Shown in pieces: positions 17,359 through 27,413 of a stretch of DNA of 64,000 bases. The DNA is from a virus. The stretch covers positions 7,706 to 71,705 of the IMG/VR virus record IMGVR_UViG_3300020576_004720. One strand, given 5' to 3'. The notes beneath the pieces were generated by a model, which ran no database searches, had not been told where the DNA came from, and was given only the letters and a program-made list of their open reading frames with translations. Numbering within the stretch: position 1 is the first letter of the stretch; every line of letters begins with the position of its first letter. The position numbers and the translations under genes are program-made.

Positions 17359-17806
17359 TAATTGGGTAGATAACAAGACAATATTTGTCAATTGTTCACC
17401 TGATTATTCATCTATAGTTTGCCAGATTTTGAATCACTCATTATCTTCTGCAGACTTATTTGAAGAAATCCTTCTTGAGATGCCATATCCAGTATCAAAC
17501 CAGATATTTGATAGGTATAACTTAGAGTATAAAGACTTTGATAGGTATTTGTCAGAATGGGTAACTAAATACATAGACCCTGAATATAAATACCTTTTTA
17601 TAGACTCAGGTACATTAAGAGGTAAAAACTTTACAAGGGTTAAAAATCTCATTAAGTATAAAGCTGACTGTAGATTTGCCTCGTTATATGTGCAGGATGA
17701 CTCTATTTTTATACCTGATTACTACGTTGAGAAATTTAATTTTATAAACCAAGGAGGACTCATTTTTGAATGGGAGAATCCTAAAAACAAAAATTGGAAC
17801 TACTAA
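17294..17806 (+). CDS. hypothetical protein with a phosphoribosyltransferase-like PRPP motif
   Basis: YLFIDSGTLRGKNF resembles the type I PRTase PRPP-binding loop. Weak match. Confidence 0.4.
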   Translation: MLVKFKKEIQDILILKEKIELDNWVDNKTIFVNCSPDYSSIVCQILNHSLSSADLFEEILLEMPYPVSNQIFDRYNLEYKDFDRYLSEWVTKYIDPEYKYLFIDSGTLRGKNFTRVKNLIKYKADCRFASLYVQDDSIFIPDYYVEKFNFINQGGLIFEWENPKNKNWNY

Positions 17807-18069
17807 TGCAAAAGAATGTTAAAAAAATGCTAGATGATAGCAGAGAAATGATGAAAGCTCAAGTTATTGAGCAAGAACTTTCAGCAAGAAGCTGGAAAGC
17901 ATATTATGAAAAAATGTATTATTCTTTAGAAGCAGAAAAGCTTGAGGCTCCCTATAAAGAACTGCAAGAAAGAATGAGAATTAAAAGAGAAGCTGAAATT
18001 GAACAAATGAAAAAGCTTCAGGAAGAATTAGCTGAAAAAGAAAAAGAACTTCAAGAAACTATAAATTAA
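17794..18069 (+). CDS. coiled-coil protein (91 aa)
   Basis: ORF, Glu/Lys-rich. Confidence 0.45.
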   Translation: MELLMQKNVKKMLDDSREMMKAQVIEQELSARSWKAYYEKMYYSLEAEKLEAPYKELQERMRIKREAEIEQMKKLQEELAEKEKELQETIN

Positions 18070-18075
18070 TAAGTT

Positions 18076-18432
18076 ATGGCTGTAGATAAGAAAAGTGATT
18101 ATGTAGGAAATCATGGTGGTGCATATACAGATGTAGATGGGCAATCCAGGCAGTTTACATATGTTGACCATGACCCTAAAGTTAAAATATTCTTAGAAAG
18201 CGACTATGACAAAGATTGGCAAAGTAAATATAGAGAGGATTTGATTTCAAGAATCCTCTCTATCTCTGCTGTTTATGCTCATGAGTGGCATCAAGAATTT
18301 GTCCTAAGAGGACAAGAAGGTATTAGATGGGATGAAAAAGCTATTAGTGATCAGGGCACTCCTCTCATGACACTAAGGGATATTTGTGTAGTTTTAGAAA
18401 ATAGAGTTGAGAACAGTAAAAGAATAACTTAA
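18076..18432 (+). CDS. hypothetical protein (118 aa)
   Basis: ORF. Confidence 0.5.
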   Translation: MAVDKKSDYVGNHGGAYTDVDGQSRQFTYVDHDPKVKIFLESDYDKDWQSKYREDLISRILSISAVYAHEWHQEFVLRGQEGIRWDEKAISDQGTPLMTLRDICVVLENRVENSKRIT

Positions 18433-18476
18433 TAAATTTATTTTGTTAAGTTATTTTTTTTCATTATATTATAACA

Positions 18477-18845
18477 ATGAGAGTTAAAAGTTTGCAAGAT
18501 AAAGTCTTGTTGGGGAATATGGATGATGTTCTTAGACTTCAGCTTTATTTAAAGTTACTTCAGAACAATATAAAACCAATTGAAAGTGATATAGATATAA
18601 TCTTAGAAGTCTATAAATCAGGAGGTTATAAAAATGCTGATGAACAAGCTGAATTCATTAAGAACTGTATTTCAAAGAGATTGAGAAAAAGTGATCAGTC
18701 TCTAAGGAATACTATTTCCAAATATGTTACAAAAGGAGTCCTTCAAAAACCTAAGAATTGTACTCTCTTTTTAAGGGAAGATTTTATCCCAAAACTTGAA
18801 TGTGATAGACTTGTTGTAAATTATATTGTTAGTCATGCAGAGTGA
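18477..18845 (+). CDS. hypothetical protein (122 aa)
   Basis: ORF. Confidence 0.5.
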   Translation: MRVKSLQDKVLLGNMDDVLRLQLYLKLLQNNIKPIESDIDIILEVYKSGGYKNADEQAEFIKNCISKRLRKSDQSLRNTISKYVTKGVLQKPKNCTLFLREDFIPKLECDRLVVNYIVSHAE

Positions 18846-19242
18846 TTATAAAGAATTGGTAAAACTTACATCTTGGAGAACAGGAGTTAATGAGCAGATA
18901 TACAAGGACTTATGTAATTTCTTATTTGCAAAAACTGCAGAGGAAATGAAAAAACCTAAGAATCTGATTATTAGGCTTCGAGGTGTAGGTTCTTGGTTCT
19001 TAAGAATGAAAAGACTGAAAATAAAAATTGCACTATACGAGGAGTTTCATAGTCCTGATTGGGGACAATCTATTGGTGTGGATGGAGAAGAAATCCCAGA
19101 GATAATGAAAATATTTAGAGATAGATTAAAAGACTACGAAAAATACGTAGAGAAAAGGAAATTAATCAAAGGTTTAAGAAATGAGTATAAAGCAAATATA
19201 CAATCTTCTAACAGGGAAGATAAAAGTAAAGAAGAAAGCTAA
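18826..19242 (+). CDS. hypothetical protein (138 aa)
   Basis: ORF. Confidence 0.5.
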   Translation: MLVMQSDYKELVKLTSWRTGVNEQIYKDLCNFLFAKTAEEMKKPKNLIIRLRGVGSWFLRMKRLKIKIALYEEFHSPDWGQSIGVDGEEIPEIMKIFRDRLKDYEKYVEKRKLIKGLRNEYKANIQSSNREDKSKEES

Positions 19243-19552
19243 ACTAAGTTTCGCTAACCTAAAAGCTGTTTTTCAAGCTTTTAAAAGATCGAAGACCAAT
19301 ATACCTTATCATATAAGAGAACAGATTATATGGCGAAGACTAAAAGTTATGGATCTTGAGCCAAGATGTTGGGAATCAGGTTATTGTATTGTTTGTGGCT
19401 GTGATATACTTGGTAAGACTATGGAAGATAGAGGGTGTTCTGCAGAAGATGTTGGGGATTTTCCTTGCTATTTACCTATGATGGATCAAGAAACTTGGGA
19501 GAAATTTAAATTAGATAACCAAATAAAATTATTTACAGATGTTAGTGGTTAA
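19181..19552 (+). CDS. Cys-rich hypothetical protein (CWESGYCIVCGC...C...C)
   Basis: ORF. Overlaps the upstream gene by 62 nt. Confidence 0.45.
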   Translation: MSIKQIYNLLTGKIKVKKKAKLSFANLKAVFQAFKRSKTNIPYHIREQIIWRRLKVMDLEPRCWESGYCIVCGCDILGKTMEDRGCSAEDVGDFPCYLPMMDQETWEKFKLDNQIKLFTDVSG

Positions 19553-19841
19553 TGAAGCAGATATAGATTTAGGTAACCTTTCTTTTGGAAAACCTCACAA
19601 TTTCCAATATAAGGTTAAAAACAATTCAGATCAGAATATTAAAGTTACAAAACTTATTAAAGGGTGTGGTTCTTGTACAAAAGCATCTATTAATAAAACT
19701 GATATTGCACCTAATGAATCAGCCCTAATAAGTGTAGAATTTACACCTGGTTCTACAGGTATAAACAAAAAGACAATACAGGTATTGTATGATGATAAAG
19801 AAAACCTGACTCTGTCATTTAAAGCATTCGTACAGAAATGA
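19539..19841 (+). CDS. DUF1573-like beta-sandwich protein (100 aa)
   Basis: DLGNLSFGKP...NNSDQNIKVTKLIKGCGSCT...PNESALISVEF fits the Bacteroidetes-specific DUF1573 pattern. Confidence 0.55.
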   Translation: MLVVNEADIDLGNLSFGKPHNFQYKVKNNSDQNIKVTKLIKGCGSCTKASINKTDIAPNESALISVEFTPGSTGINKKTIQVLYDDKENLTLSFKAFVQK

Positions 19842-20620
19842 TTAAATTTATAGAAGATAGCCATAGGTATTTTACAGAAGACGATAGAGAGCTAATATCC
19901 GTATCAAAGCTATACAAGAAATTTGAACCATTTGTTGATTGGAAAGAGATTGCAAATAAGTATGCAAAAAAGATGACAAAGGCAGGTACTCCAATGACAG
20001 GTGCTCAAGTTCAAGCTATGTGGAAAGAAAAAGGAGATTGGTCAACACATGTTGGTAAGATCCTTCACTTTATAGAGGAAGAGAAGGTTATTAACTCAGA
20101 TGAAAAATTCTACAATGTCTCTTGTAAAAGAAAGACATGTGATTTTAGAGACGGTGCAAAATGGTCTATCCCTATAAACAATCTGGAAAATAATACAATA
20201 TATCCAGAACTCATGATCTATGATACTGAACACATGGTATGTGGACAAAGTGATAAGGTCATTGTAACTAATAATAGAATACATATCTGGGATTATAAAA
20301 CAGATAAAGAAATAAAATTTAAAGCTTTTTCAAATGATTGGGTAAAACCTAGAAAGCTTGAACCTCCATTATCTCATCTCGATGACTGTAATGGAAATCA
20401 ATATGCTATAAAAATGAGCATGTATATGTACATGCTCTGGAAAGCAAACAGAGGAAGGTTTATGACAGGAGACCTTATTATAGAACATAAGTCTTTACTT
20501 AGAGATGAGGATGATAGACCTGTTTTAAAAAATGGGAAACCAATTGTTGTATCCGAACAAAAAATAAAGCTACCTTACTTAAAAAAGGAAGTTGAAGCAA
20601 TACTAAAAACATTAAAATGA
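19838..20620 (+). CDS. PD-(D/E)XK nuclease (RecB/Cas4-like fold)
   Basis: N-terminal HxYF...ELISVSKL and catalytic motif IHIWDYKTDK. Confidence 0.5.
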   Translation: MIKFIEDSHRYFTEDDRELISVSKLYKKFEPFVDWKEIANKYAKKMTKAGTPMTGAQVQAMWKEKGDWSTHVGKILHFIEEEKVINSDEKFYNVSCKRKTCDFRDGAKWSIPINNLENNTIYPELMIYDTEHMVCGQSDKVIVTNNRIHIWDYKTDKEIKFKAFSNDWVKPRKLEPPLSHLDDCNGNQYAIKMSMYMYMLWKANRGRFMTGDLIIEHKSLLRDEDDRPVLKNGKPIVVSEQKIKLPYLKKEVEAILKTLK

Positions 20621-21147
20621 GTGACGTATCTATTACACCTAAAATATTTATTTATGAGGAAGGAAGAGTTTTCCTTACTCCTGAATCAATGTTTATTCCT
20701 GAAATAAAGGCTATAGTAGATAAATATGGTGAATCAGGTGCTATTCCTTATATAGGATATGTACATTTGATGAAATCAATCTCATCACCTTATAGAAACT
20801 ATCAAGACTCCGAGAAGAAAGAACTTGTGATTTTTGATGTAATTACCACAATGGGTGATTTTGATATTGATGAACCTCTTTTAGAACCTGCATTAAATAA
20901 GTTAGAGCAAATGAATAGTTCAGCTCTAACTTTGTTCTTTTTAGAGATTGAACAGGAACTTCATAGATTAAGGAATTATTTAAAAGATAATGCTATTTCT
21001 GCAGGTAAAGACGGTGATTTAACAGAGAGGTTTAGAATTCTTAAAGAGGCAGGTGCTCTAACAAACTCCTACAATAAAACAAAGTTAGCAGCCGAAGAAG
21101 AACTTAGAGTAAAAGGTAGAGGTAAGGCTGAAATTGGAGATTATTAA
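20617..21147 (+). CDS. hypothetical protein; candidate small terminase subunit by position
   Basis: Lies immediately upstream of the terminase large subunit. No motif. Confidence 0.35.
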   Translation: MSDVSITPKIFIYEEGRVFLTPESMFIPEIKAIVDKYGESGAIPYIGYVHLMKSISSPYRNYQDSEKKELVIFDVITTMGDFDIDEPLLEPALNKLEQMNSSALTLFFLEIEQELHRLRNYLKDNAISAGKDGDLTERFRILKEAGALTNSYNKTKLAAEEELRVKGRGKAEIGDY

Positions 21148-21149
21148 TT

Positions 21150-23366
21150 ATGCTATGGGATTATCCTTTAATTGTAAAATGTATTGATACAACTACAAAT
21201 GCCGAATATGAAAAGGTATTTGAAACAAAACAGGAACATATTGACTATATAAAAGCTCAATTTAAAAGACCTGGACAATACAATTTAAAAAATACAGAAC
21301 GATGGCAAGATGCAGGAAATGCATATGCCAAATCTCAATCAAAAACAGGAAGACCTAATTTTGAAGGAGGTAGATATGTCGAATATCCAAAAGATTCATA
21401 TAAGGAAAAAATATTCTTCCAGCAAGAAAAACAAAAAGTTCTTAATGGTTATATAGTAGATGGTTGGTATATTCCTGGATTCTATTCTTGGTATCTTAAC
21501 TTTTGTCCTATTGTAGATGCTGTTAAGAAGAAAAAGAAATTTGGAGACGTATGGGATAGTGACTTTTGGTTTTTCCAATATATCATGTTATGCATGCTTC
21601 TTGGTAAACATGCAGTTGTTGTAAAAGCAAGACAAAGAGGTTACTCTCTTAAAATAATGGCTCTATTATACTGGAGCTATTGTTGGTTTGAAATCAGTGT
21701 AAATACAGTAGGTGCTTACAAAGAAGAATATGTAACAAAATCATGGAGATTCCTTGACTTCTATAGAAAGCATATCAACAGTTATACAAGATGGATAAGG
21801 GGTCCTGTTATTCCTAAATCTTTACATTGGGAAGAATCTACAATGACAGATGAAGGAAAACCATATGGATTAGATAGTAAGTTATCAGGAACAACATTTA
21901 AAGTATCTCCAGAAAATGGGGTTGGTGGTTCTCAAACTATATTCTTCTATGAGGAAGCAGGTATTGCTCCAACACTATTAAAAACAGTTGGTTATGTAAG
22001 ACCAGCTCTTGAAAGAGGTAATACTATAACTGGTTTAATTATTGTATCAGGTGCAGTAGGTGAGCTTGATGATGCTCAAGATTTAAAGGAAATATTCTAT
22101 AATCCAGACAAACATAACTTTCTATCAGTAGAGAATGTCTGGGATGAAGATGAGAATAAAGGACAACAATGTGGGCTATTTGTATCTGAAGCATATAACG
22201 CAGAAGGTTTCATGGATAAAGATGGTAATTCTGATGTTGAAAGTGCTACAGCTTTTATCATAGAACATAATGAAAAGAATAAGAAAAATAAAAGAAAGGA
22301 CTTAGCTCAACTTGATGTATCTCAAAAACCTTTATCTCCAAAACAAGCTTTTGCAGAAAGAAGTCATTCTGAGTTCCCTATTGATAAGTTAAGAAGACAA
22401 CAGGAGATTATCTTACATAAGGAAAAGAATAATTTATGGGAATTTAAACCATTAAAAGGATTATTTAAAGAAGACAGTACAGGTAGAATAGTACTTGATA
22501 AAAATCATGGTCCAGAACATGCATATCCTATTAAACCAGATTGGGAAGATAAAAGAGGTTGTTGGACATTATATATGCCTATTCCTGAGACTATACCAGA
22601 GAAGTATTTATTCTTTGCTTGTGTGGACTCAGTAGAAGTAGATGAAACAGAAACTTCAGAATCTGTAGCCTCTATAGATATTTATATGGCTCCTATTTTT
22701 GTAGACTATACAGATGAAAAAGGAGTAAAAAGGCAAAGAATAGAAGGTGACAAACTTGTCGCTACATATAGAGGTAGATTTAAAACAGCGGAGCAAACAA
22801 ATGAACAAATGTGGTATGGTATTAAAGTTTTCAATGCATGGACATATGCAGAACGTAATAAACCAAACTTTATTAACTACATGAGAAAGATGGGTAGAGC
22901 TGAAAGTTACCTTGCAAAAGAATCAGATGTACCTTTATTTAAGGACATGAATATAAAAAATGGCAATATAGCTAATAATTCAAAATTTGGTTTTCATAAA
23001 GGTGATAATACGGAAATTTGGAAGTATTTTAAGAGTACAGCAAAAGAGTATTTTGCTACAGAGTACGGAAGACAAACTTTTGAAAAAGATGGACTTGAAG
23101 AAACTCTGAAATTATTTACAGGAATAGACCGTATAGATGACTACTGGTTACTTGAGGAGTTCTGTCTTTTTGTAGAAGGAAAGGGTAACTATGACCGACT
23201 TGTATCATTTATGGGAGCACTCTTTATCTGTAAAACATATCAACAAAATAGATTTGTAAAAAGAAGAGATGAGACTAAGAAACCAGAAAAGAAACAAGGG
23301 ATTCAAAAGAAACCTGTTATTAATATGTTAGGAGGAAATAACAGAGGATATAAATCATTACTATAA
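21150..23366 (+). CDS. terminase large subunit
   Basis: 738 aa. ATPase-like core (VVVKARQRGYSLKIMALLYW) and a C-terminal nuclease-like region. Followed by the portal gene. Confidence 0.75.
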   Translation: MLWDYPLIVKCIDTTTNAEYEKVFETKQEHIDYIKAQFKRPGQYNLKNTERWQDAGNAYAKSQSKTGRPNFEGGRYVEYPKDSYKEKIFFQQEKQKVLNGYIVDGWYIPGFYSWYLNFCPIVDAVKKKKKFGDVWDSDFWFFQYIMLCMLLGKHAVVVKARQRGYSLKIMALLYWSYCWFEISVNTVGAYKEEYVTKSWRFLDFYRKHINSYTRWIRGPVIPKSLHWEESTMTDEGKPYGLDSKLSGTTFKVSPENGVGGSQTIFFYEEAGIAPTLLKTVGYVRPALERGNTITGLIIVSGAVGELDDAQDLKEIFYNPDKHNFLSVENVWDEDENKGQQCGLFVSEAYNAEGFMDKDGNSDVESATAFIIEHNEKNKKNKRKDLAQLDVSQKPLSPKQAFAERSHSEFPIDKLRRQQEIILHKEKNNLWEFKPLKGLFKEDSTGRIVLDKNHGPEHAYPIKPDWEDKRGCWTLYMPIPETIPEKYLFFACVDSVEVDETETSESVASIDIYMAPIFVDYTDEKGVKRQRIEGDKLVATYRGRFKTAEQTNEQMWYGIKVFNAWTYAERNKPNFINYMRKMGRAESYLAKESDVPLFKDMNIKNGNIANNSKFGFHKGDNTEIWKYFKSTAKEYFATEYGRQTFEKDGLEETLKLFTGIDRIDDYWLLEEFCLFVEGKGNYDRLVSFMGALFICKTYQQNRFVKRRDETKKPEKKQGIQKKPVINMLGGNNRGYKSLL

Positions 23367-23369
23367 AAT

Positions 23370-26129
23370 ATGGCAAAGTTAATATGGGGAGCTGACCTTT
23401 ACAAAGGATTTAAGCTTGAACCAAATAAATTACTCGGAACAGCAATTCATGATATACTACCCTTCCAAATGTTAACAATGGAAGAAAAGACAATTGATTG
23501 GATTAAAGCTGTTGGTGACTTTTACGAAGTTGTGGGATGGAGAAATGTAGAGAAAAAAGCCGCTAAAATACAAAGAAATTTTGATATGAGAACTGGGAAA
23601 ATAACTCCCACTGATTATATTATAGACCCTAATGTAAATCCATATCACCAAGTTGTGGGTATGGTTTTACCTGAACCTGAAAGGGAATCTCCTCTTCAAC
23701 AATTTTATCCTATTGCTCCAAATCTTATAGATATCCTTCGTGGTGAATTTATAAAAAGAGATAATACTTTTACTGTAGAAGCTATAGATCAATTATCTGT
23801 TGATGAAGTATTTAATAATAAACAAGAAGAATTTTCACAGGCTATCACTCAAATAGCTTTGCTTCAGAAGCAGCAAACTCTTGCTGAGATGGGATTATCT
23901 CCAGAAGTTGATCCTCAACAATATGAAATGGAGATTCAGAAGTTCTATCAAAACTTACAAGAGATTGAACTTAAATCTAAAACATTTAGAACAACAGGTG
24001 TTAAATGGGCAGAGAAAGTAATAAAAGTACAAGAGAAAAGATACAAACTTCATGAGCTTGAACCAGATGCTTTTGAAACTGGACTTATATCAGATTCTGA
24101 GTTTTGGCATCTTGATTTATTAGATGATGATTTTAAACTAGAGTTACTTAATCCAAAGTGGTGTGATTATCATAAAGGTCCAAACGTAAAGTATGTATCT
24201 GAAGGAGACTACTTTTTATGGTTTGATTTTATGTCTGTTGGTGATATTGTAAATAAGTTTGGTAGAAGAATGGATGAAGAAGACTTGATTAAACTTAAAG
24301 ATATATATGTAAAAACAGCAAATATAATTGTACCTGATTCACAAAAAGCATTTCAGGGTTCATACTATGATACTTCTAAAAATTGGGCACAAGCAACAGA
24401 TTTAGATCCTAAAATGAATGATGCTTTATTAGGTAAAGAATTGGTTTACTCATTTATGAGAAGTCCAAACTTTGACCATAATATGGATGTGGATATATTA
24501 AATCCAATGTTTGGAAGATTTGCAACAGGTTATCCTCAGATGTTTAGAGTAATGAGGTTATACTGGAGATCATTAAAAAGAATAGGTTGGTTAACAAAGA
24601 TTGATAGAGATGGTACAGTTCATCCTCCTGAATGGATTGATGAAAACTATAGAGTTACTGTAGAACCAAAGTATGACAAATCAGTTATTAAAAAAGAAAC
24701 AAAAGATAATCTTATATATGGTGAGCACGTAGATTGGACATGGACTACAGAATGGAGACATCTTATAAAGATCTCTCCAAATATGAAACATACATTCTGG
24801 CTACACTCTACAAATAGCTTTAAATCTGTATACATAGATGGTGGACCTGTTAAGTTCCAATTTAAAGGAAAAGATAATCCTTTTGATAGTTTACCTCCTA
24901 TAGAAGGATGTGTATTTAACTGGAAAAATGCAGTGTCTCATTCTCTTATTGATAGAGTTAGACCATTCCAAATACTTTATAATATTGCTATGAATAAAGT
25001 CCCTAAGAAGATTTTAGATGACAAGGGATTAAAAGTAGCTATTGATAGAAGAGGAATGTCTCAAACAAATATGGATTCAAATGATGGAATGGACCCAATA
25101 GAAGCTTATGAAAATAAGTTAGAACAATCCTTAATTCTTGATTATACGATATCCAGAGAAACTGCTGAAGGTATGGGTCAACCAGCTATACCTCAAGTAC
25201 TTCAACTTTCTACAGTATCCGATGCTCAGTTATACTTTAGATTAGCTCAAGAGATTAAAATGGAAGCTGGAGAAATTGTTGGTATTACAAGACAAAGACA
25301 AGGAAAATCAATGGCTTCAGAGACAGCATACTCTGTAAATCAAGGTATTAACTACTCTGAAATACAAACAGAGAAATACTTTGAACAACATGCTAATGTA
25401 ATGGAAAGAGTTAGACAAAGAATGCTTGATGCTGCTCAATACTATACAACCTTTACAGAGTCATCTAGGCAGGTGTACATGAACAATATGGATGAGACAA
25501 TCATGCTTGAAATTGAAGGTATGGATAACTTATTACCTCATTACAATATTCATTTACAATCAAGGGCAAATGTAAAGGCTGCATTAAAAACAATGGCAGA
25601 TTTCTTAATTCAAGAAAATACATTACCTATAGCTCCTTCAGCAAAACTTGAAGCACTTGTAAGTTATTCTGTTCCTACGATTCTTAACCTTATTAAGACA
25701 AGTGAACTTGAGCAAGTTAAGATTCAAAGAGAACAACAAGAGGCAGAAATGCAACAACAACAGCAGCAATTCCAACAAGCTCAAGAACTTGAACTTGCAA
25801 AGATTCAAAATGAAAATCAACAAAAAGAACTTGATCGTCAAAAAGAAATTGAGATTGCTCAAATAAGAGCTTCAGGTGGTTTACAGAGTGACATCAATGC
25901 TAATGGAATGATTGATTCTCAGGAGAATATGGCAAAACTAGCTTTACAAGAAAAAGACATACAAACTTCTGCACAAATGAAGAAAGATGAGCTTTCTCAA
26001 AAGAGTCAAATTGAAAGAGAAAAACTTATTGCACAGAGAGAAAAGGCTCTTGCTGATGCTGAAGCTAAGAAGTATGTTGCTGATACTCAATTGAAAATAG
26101 CAAAAGAGAACACAAGGAAAAAAGGATAA
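23370..26129 (+). CDS. portal protein (919 aa) with a Gln-rich coiled-coil C-terminus
   Basis: Large gene directly after the terminase large subunit. Confidence 0.65.
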   Translation: MAKLIWGADLYKGFKLEPNKLLGTAIHDILPFQMLTMEEKTIDWIKAVGDFYEVVGWRNVEKKAAKIQRNFDMRTGKITPTDYIIDPNVNPYHQVVGMVLPEPERESPLQQFYPIAPNLIDILRGEFIKRDNTFTVEAIDQLSVDEVFNNKQEEFSQAITQIALLQKQQTLAEMGLSPEVDPQQYEMEIQKFYQNLQEIELKSKTFRTTGVKWAEKVIKVQEKRYKLHELEPDAFETGLISDSEFWHLDLLDDDFKLELLNPKWCDYHKGPNVKYVSEGDYFLWFDFMSVGDIVNKFGRRMDEEDLIKLKDIYVKTANIIVPDSQKAFQGSYYDTSKNWAQATDLDPKMNDALLGKELVYSFMRSPNFDHNMDVDILNPMFGRFATGYPQMFRVMRLYWRSLKRIGWLTKIDRDGTVHPPEWIDENYRVTVEPKYDKSVIKKETKDNLIYGEHVDWTWTTEWRHLIKISPNMKHTFWLHSTNSFKSVYIDGGPVKFQFKGKDNPFDSLPPIEGCVFNWKNAVSHSLIDRVRPFQILYNIAMNKVPKKILDDKGLKVAIDRRGMSQTNMDSNDGMDPIEAYENKLEQSLILDYTISRETAEGMGQPAIPQVLQLSTVSDAQLYFRLAQEIKMEAGEIVGITRQRQGKSMASETAYSVNQGINYSEIQTEKYFEQHANVMERVRQRMLDAAQYYTTFTESSRQVYMNNMDETIMLEIEGMDNLLPHYNIHLQSRANVKAALKTMADFLIQENTLPIAPSAKLEALVSYSVPTILNLIKTSELEQVKIQREQQEAEMQQQQQQFQQAQELELAKIQNENQQKELDRQKEIEIAQIRASGGLQSDINANGMIDSQENMAKLALQEKDIQTSAQMKKDELSQKSQIEREKLIAQREKALADAEAKKYVADTQLKIAKENTRKKG

Positions 26130-26223
26130 TAGCTATATTATACTATAATCGGAAATACAGCTAAAAATATTTGGTAAATTAATTTAAAATGTTTATTATC
26201 AATTTATAAAACCAAGAAAGATT

Positions 26224-27393
26224 ATGGAAGTCACAGATTTAACAAATGAGCAAGTTGCCGACATTTTTAACGATTTAGCAACTTCATCACAAAAAAGTTT
26301 TGGTAGAGGGACGGATGAACCAAATACTGATTTGACATCTTCAATAACTGAAGAAATAACACAAGCAAGTACAACTGAAACAACAACAGCTAGTACGACT
26401 GAAACAACAACTGTAGCTCCTGATTTAACAGATGAGCCAGATAATAAACCTGGAAGAAAACCTAAATATAACTTTACAGATACTGTCGGTTATTTTGAAG
26501 ATAGGGTAAAAACAGGTAAGTTCTTAAAAATAGAGGAAGAAATTGAAGGTGAGAAGAAACTCTTTATTCCTAAGACACCAGAAGAAATGGATGAATTCTT
26601 TGAAATTCAGATAAACACTAAACTGGAACAAAAGTATAAGGAAACTGAGCAACAATGGTATCAATCTAAATCTCCAGCATGGCAAGCAGTTGCTAAGTAT
26701 GCAGAGATGGTTGATGATCCTTCAGAGGTTTTACCTTTTATTCAAGGTGTTAAAACTATAAATTCAGTAAAAGATATTGACGAAAAAGATATCGAAGGTG
26801 CTGAAAAAATAATAAGAATCAGACTTCAACAAAGAGGAGAACCTGATGATATTATTGAAGATCAGATTGACTCATTGAAAACAACAGATAAACTTATAGC
26901 TACTGCTACAAAGTTTAAACCTATGATTCTTCAGGATGAAGCAGCTTATCTTCAGGAAAGAATGCAAGAAGCTAAAATCCAGCAAGATAACTATATTCAA
27001 ATGGTATCTTCTATAAGGGAAAAAGCAATTGAAACAATTGAATCTCCTTTCCTTGGAAAGCAAAAACTGAAGAATGAAGAAAAGGCAGTAGTTTATGATT
27101 TAATCGCTGCTCCTTCTGTAGAAACAGGTGGTTATAAGATCTACAATGCAATTGATAACTTATTTGAAAAAGGTGATTTCAAATTGCTAGCAAAAGTAGC
27201 TCTCTTAATTGCAAAAGAAGAAGCACTGACAAATTATTTATCTCTTGATGCAGTAAATAAAAATGCACAACAGTTAGAAAGAAAACTCAGAGTAAGTGGT
27301 CAAATGCAAGGCTCTGGTGCAGAAGAAGAGATAAATGACCAACAACCAGTAGTACAAAGAAGAAGATTTGACTCTGGTTTTAAGACTAAATAA
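26224..27393 (+). CDS. acidic scaffold-like protein (TTETTTASTTETTT repeats)
   Basis: Acidic, helical, low-complexity protein between the portal and the structural genes. Confidence 0.45.
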   Translation: MEVTDLTNEQVADIFNDLATSSQKSFGRGTDEPNTDLTSSITEEITQASTTETTTASTTETTTVAPDLTDEPDNKPGRKPKYNFTDTVGYFEDRVKTGKFLKIEEEIEGEKKLFIPKTPEEMDEFFEIQINTKLEQKYKETEQQWYQSKSPAWQAVAKYAEMVDDPSEVLPFIQGVKTINSVKDIDEKDIEGAEKIIRIRLQQRGEPDDIIEDQIDSLKTTDKLIATATKFKPMILQDEAAYLQERMQEAKIQQDNYIQMVSSIREKAIETIESPFLGKQKLKNEEKAVVYDLIAAPSVETGGYKIYNAIDNLFEKGDFKLLAKVALLIAKEEALTNYLSLDAVNKNAQQLERKLRVSGQMQGSGAEEEINDQQPVVQRRRFDSGFKTK

Positions 27394-27413
27394 ATTTTAA
27401 AATTAAAATAATT

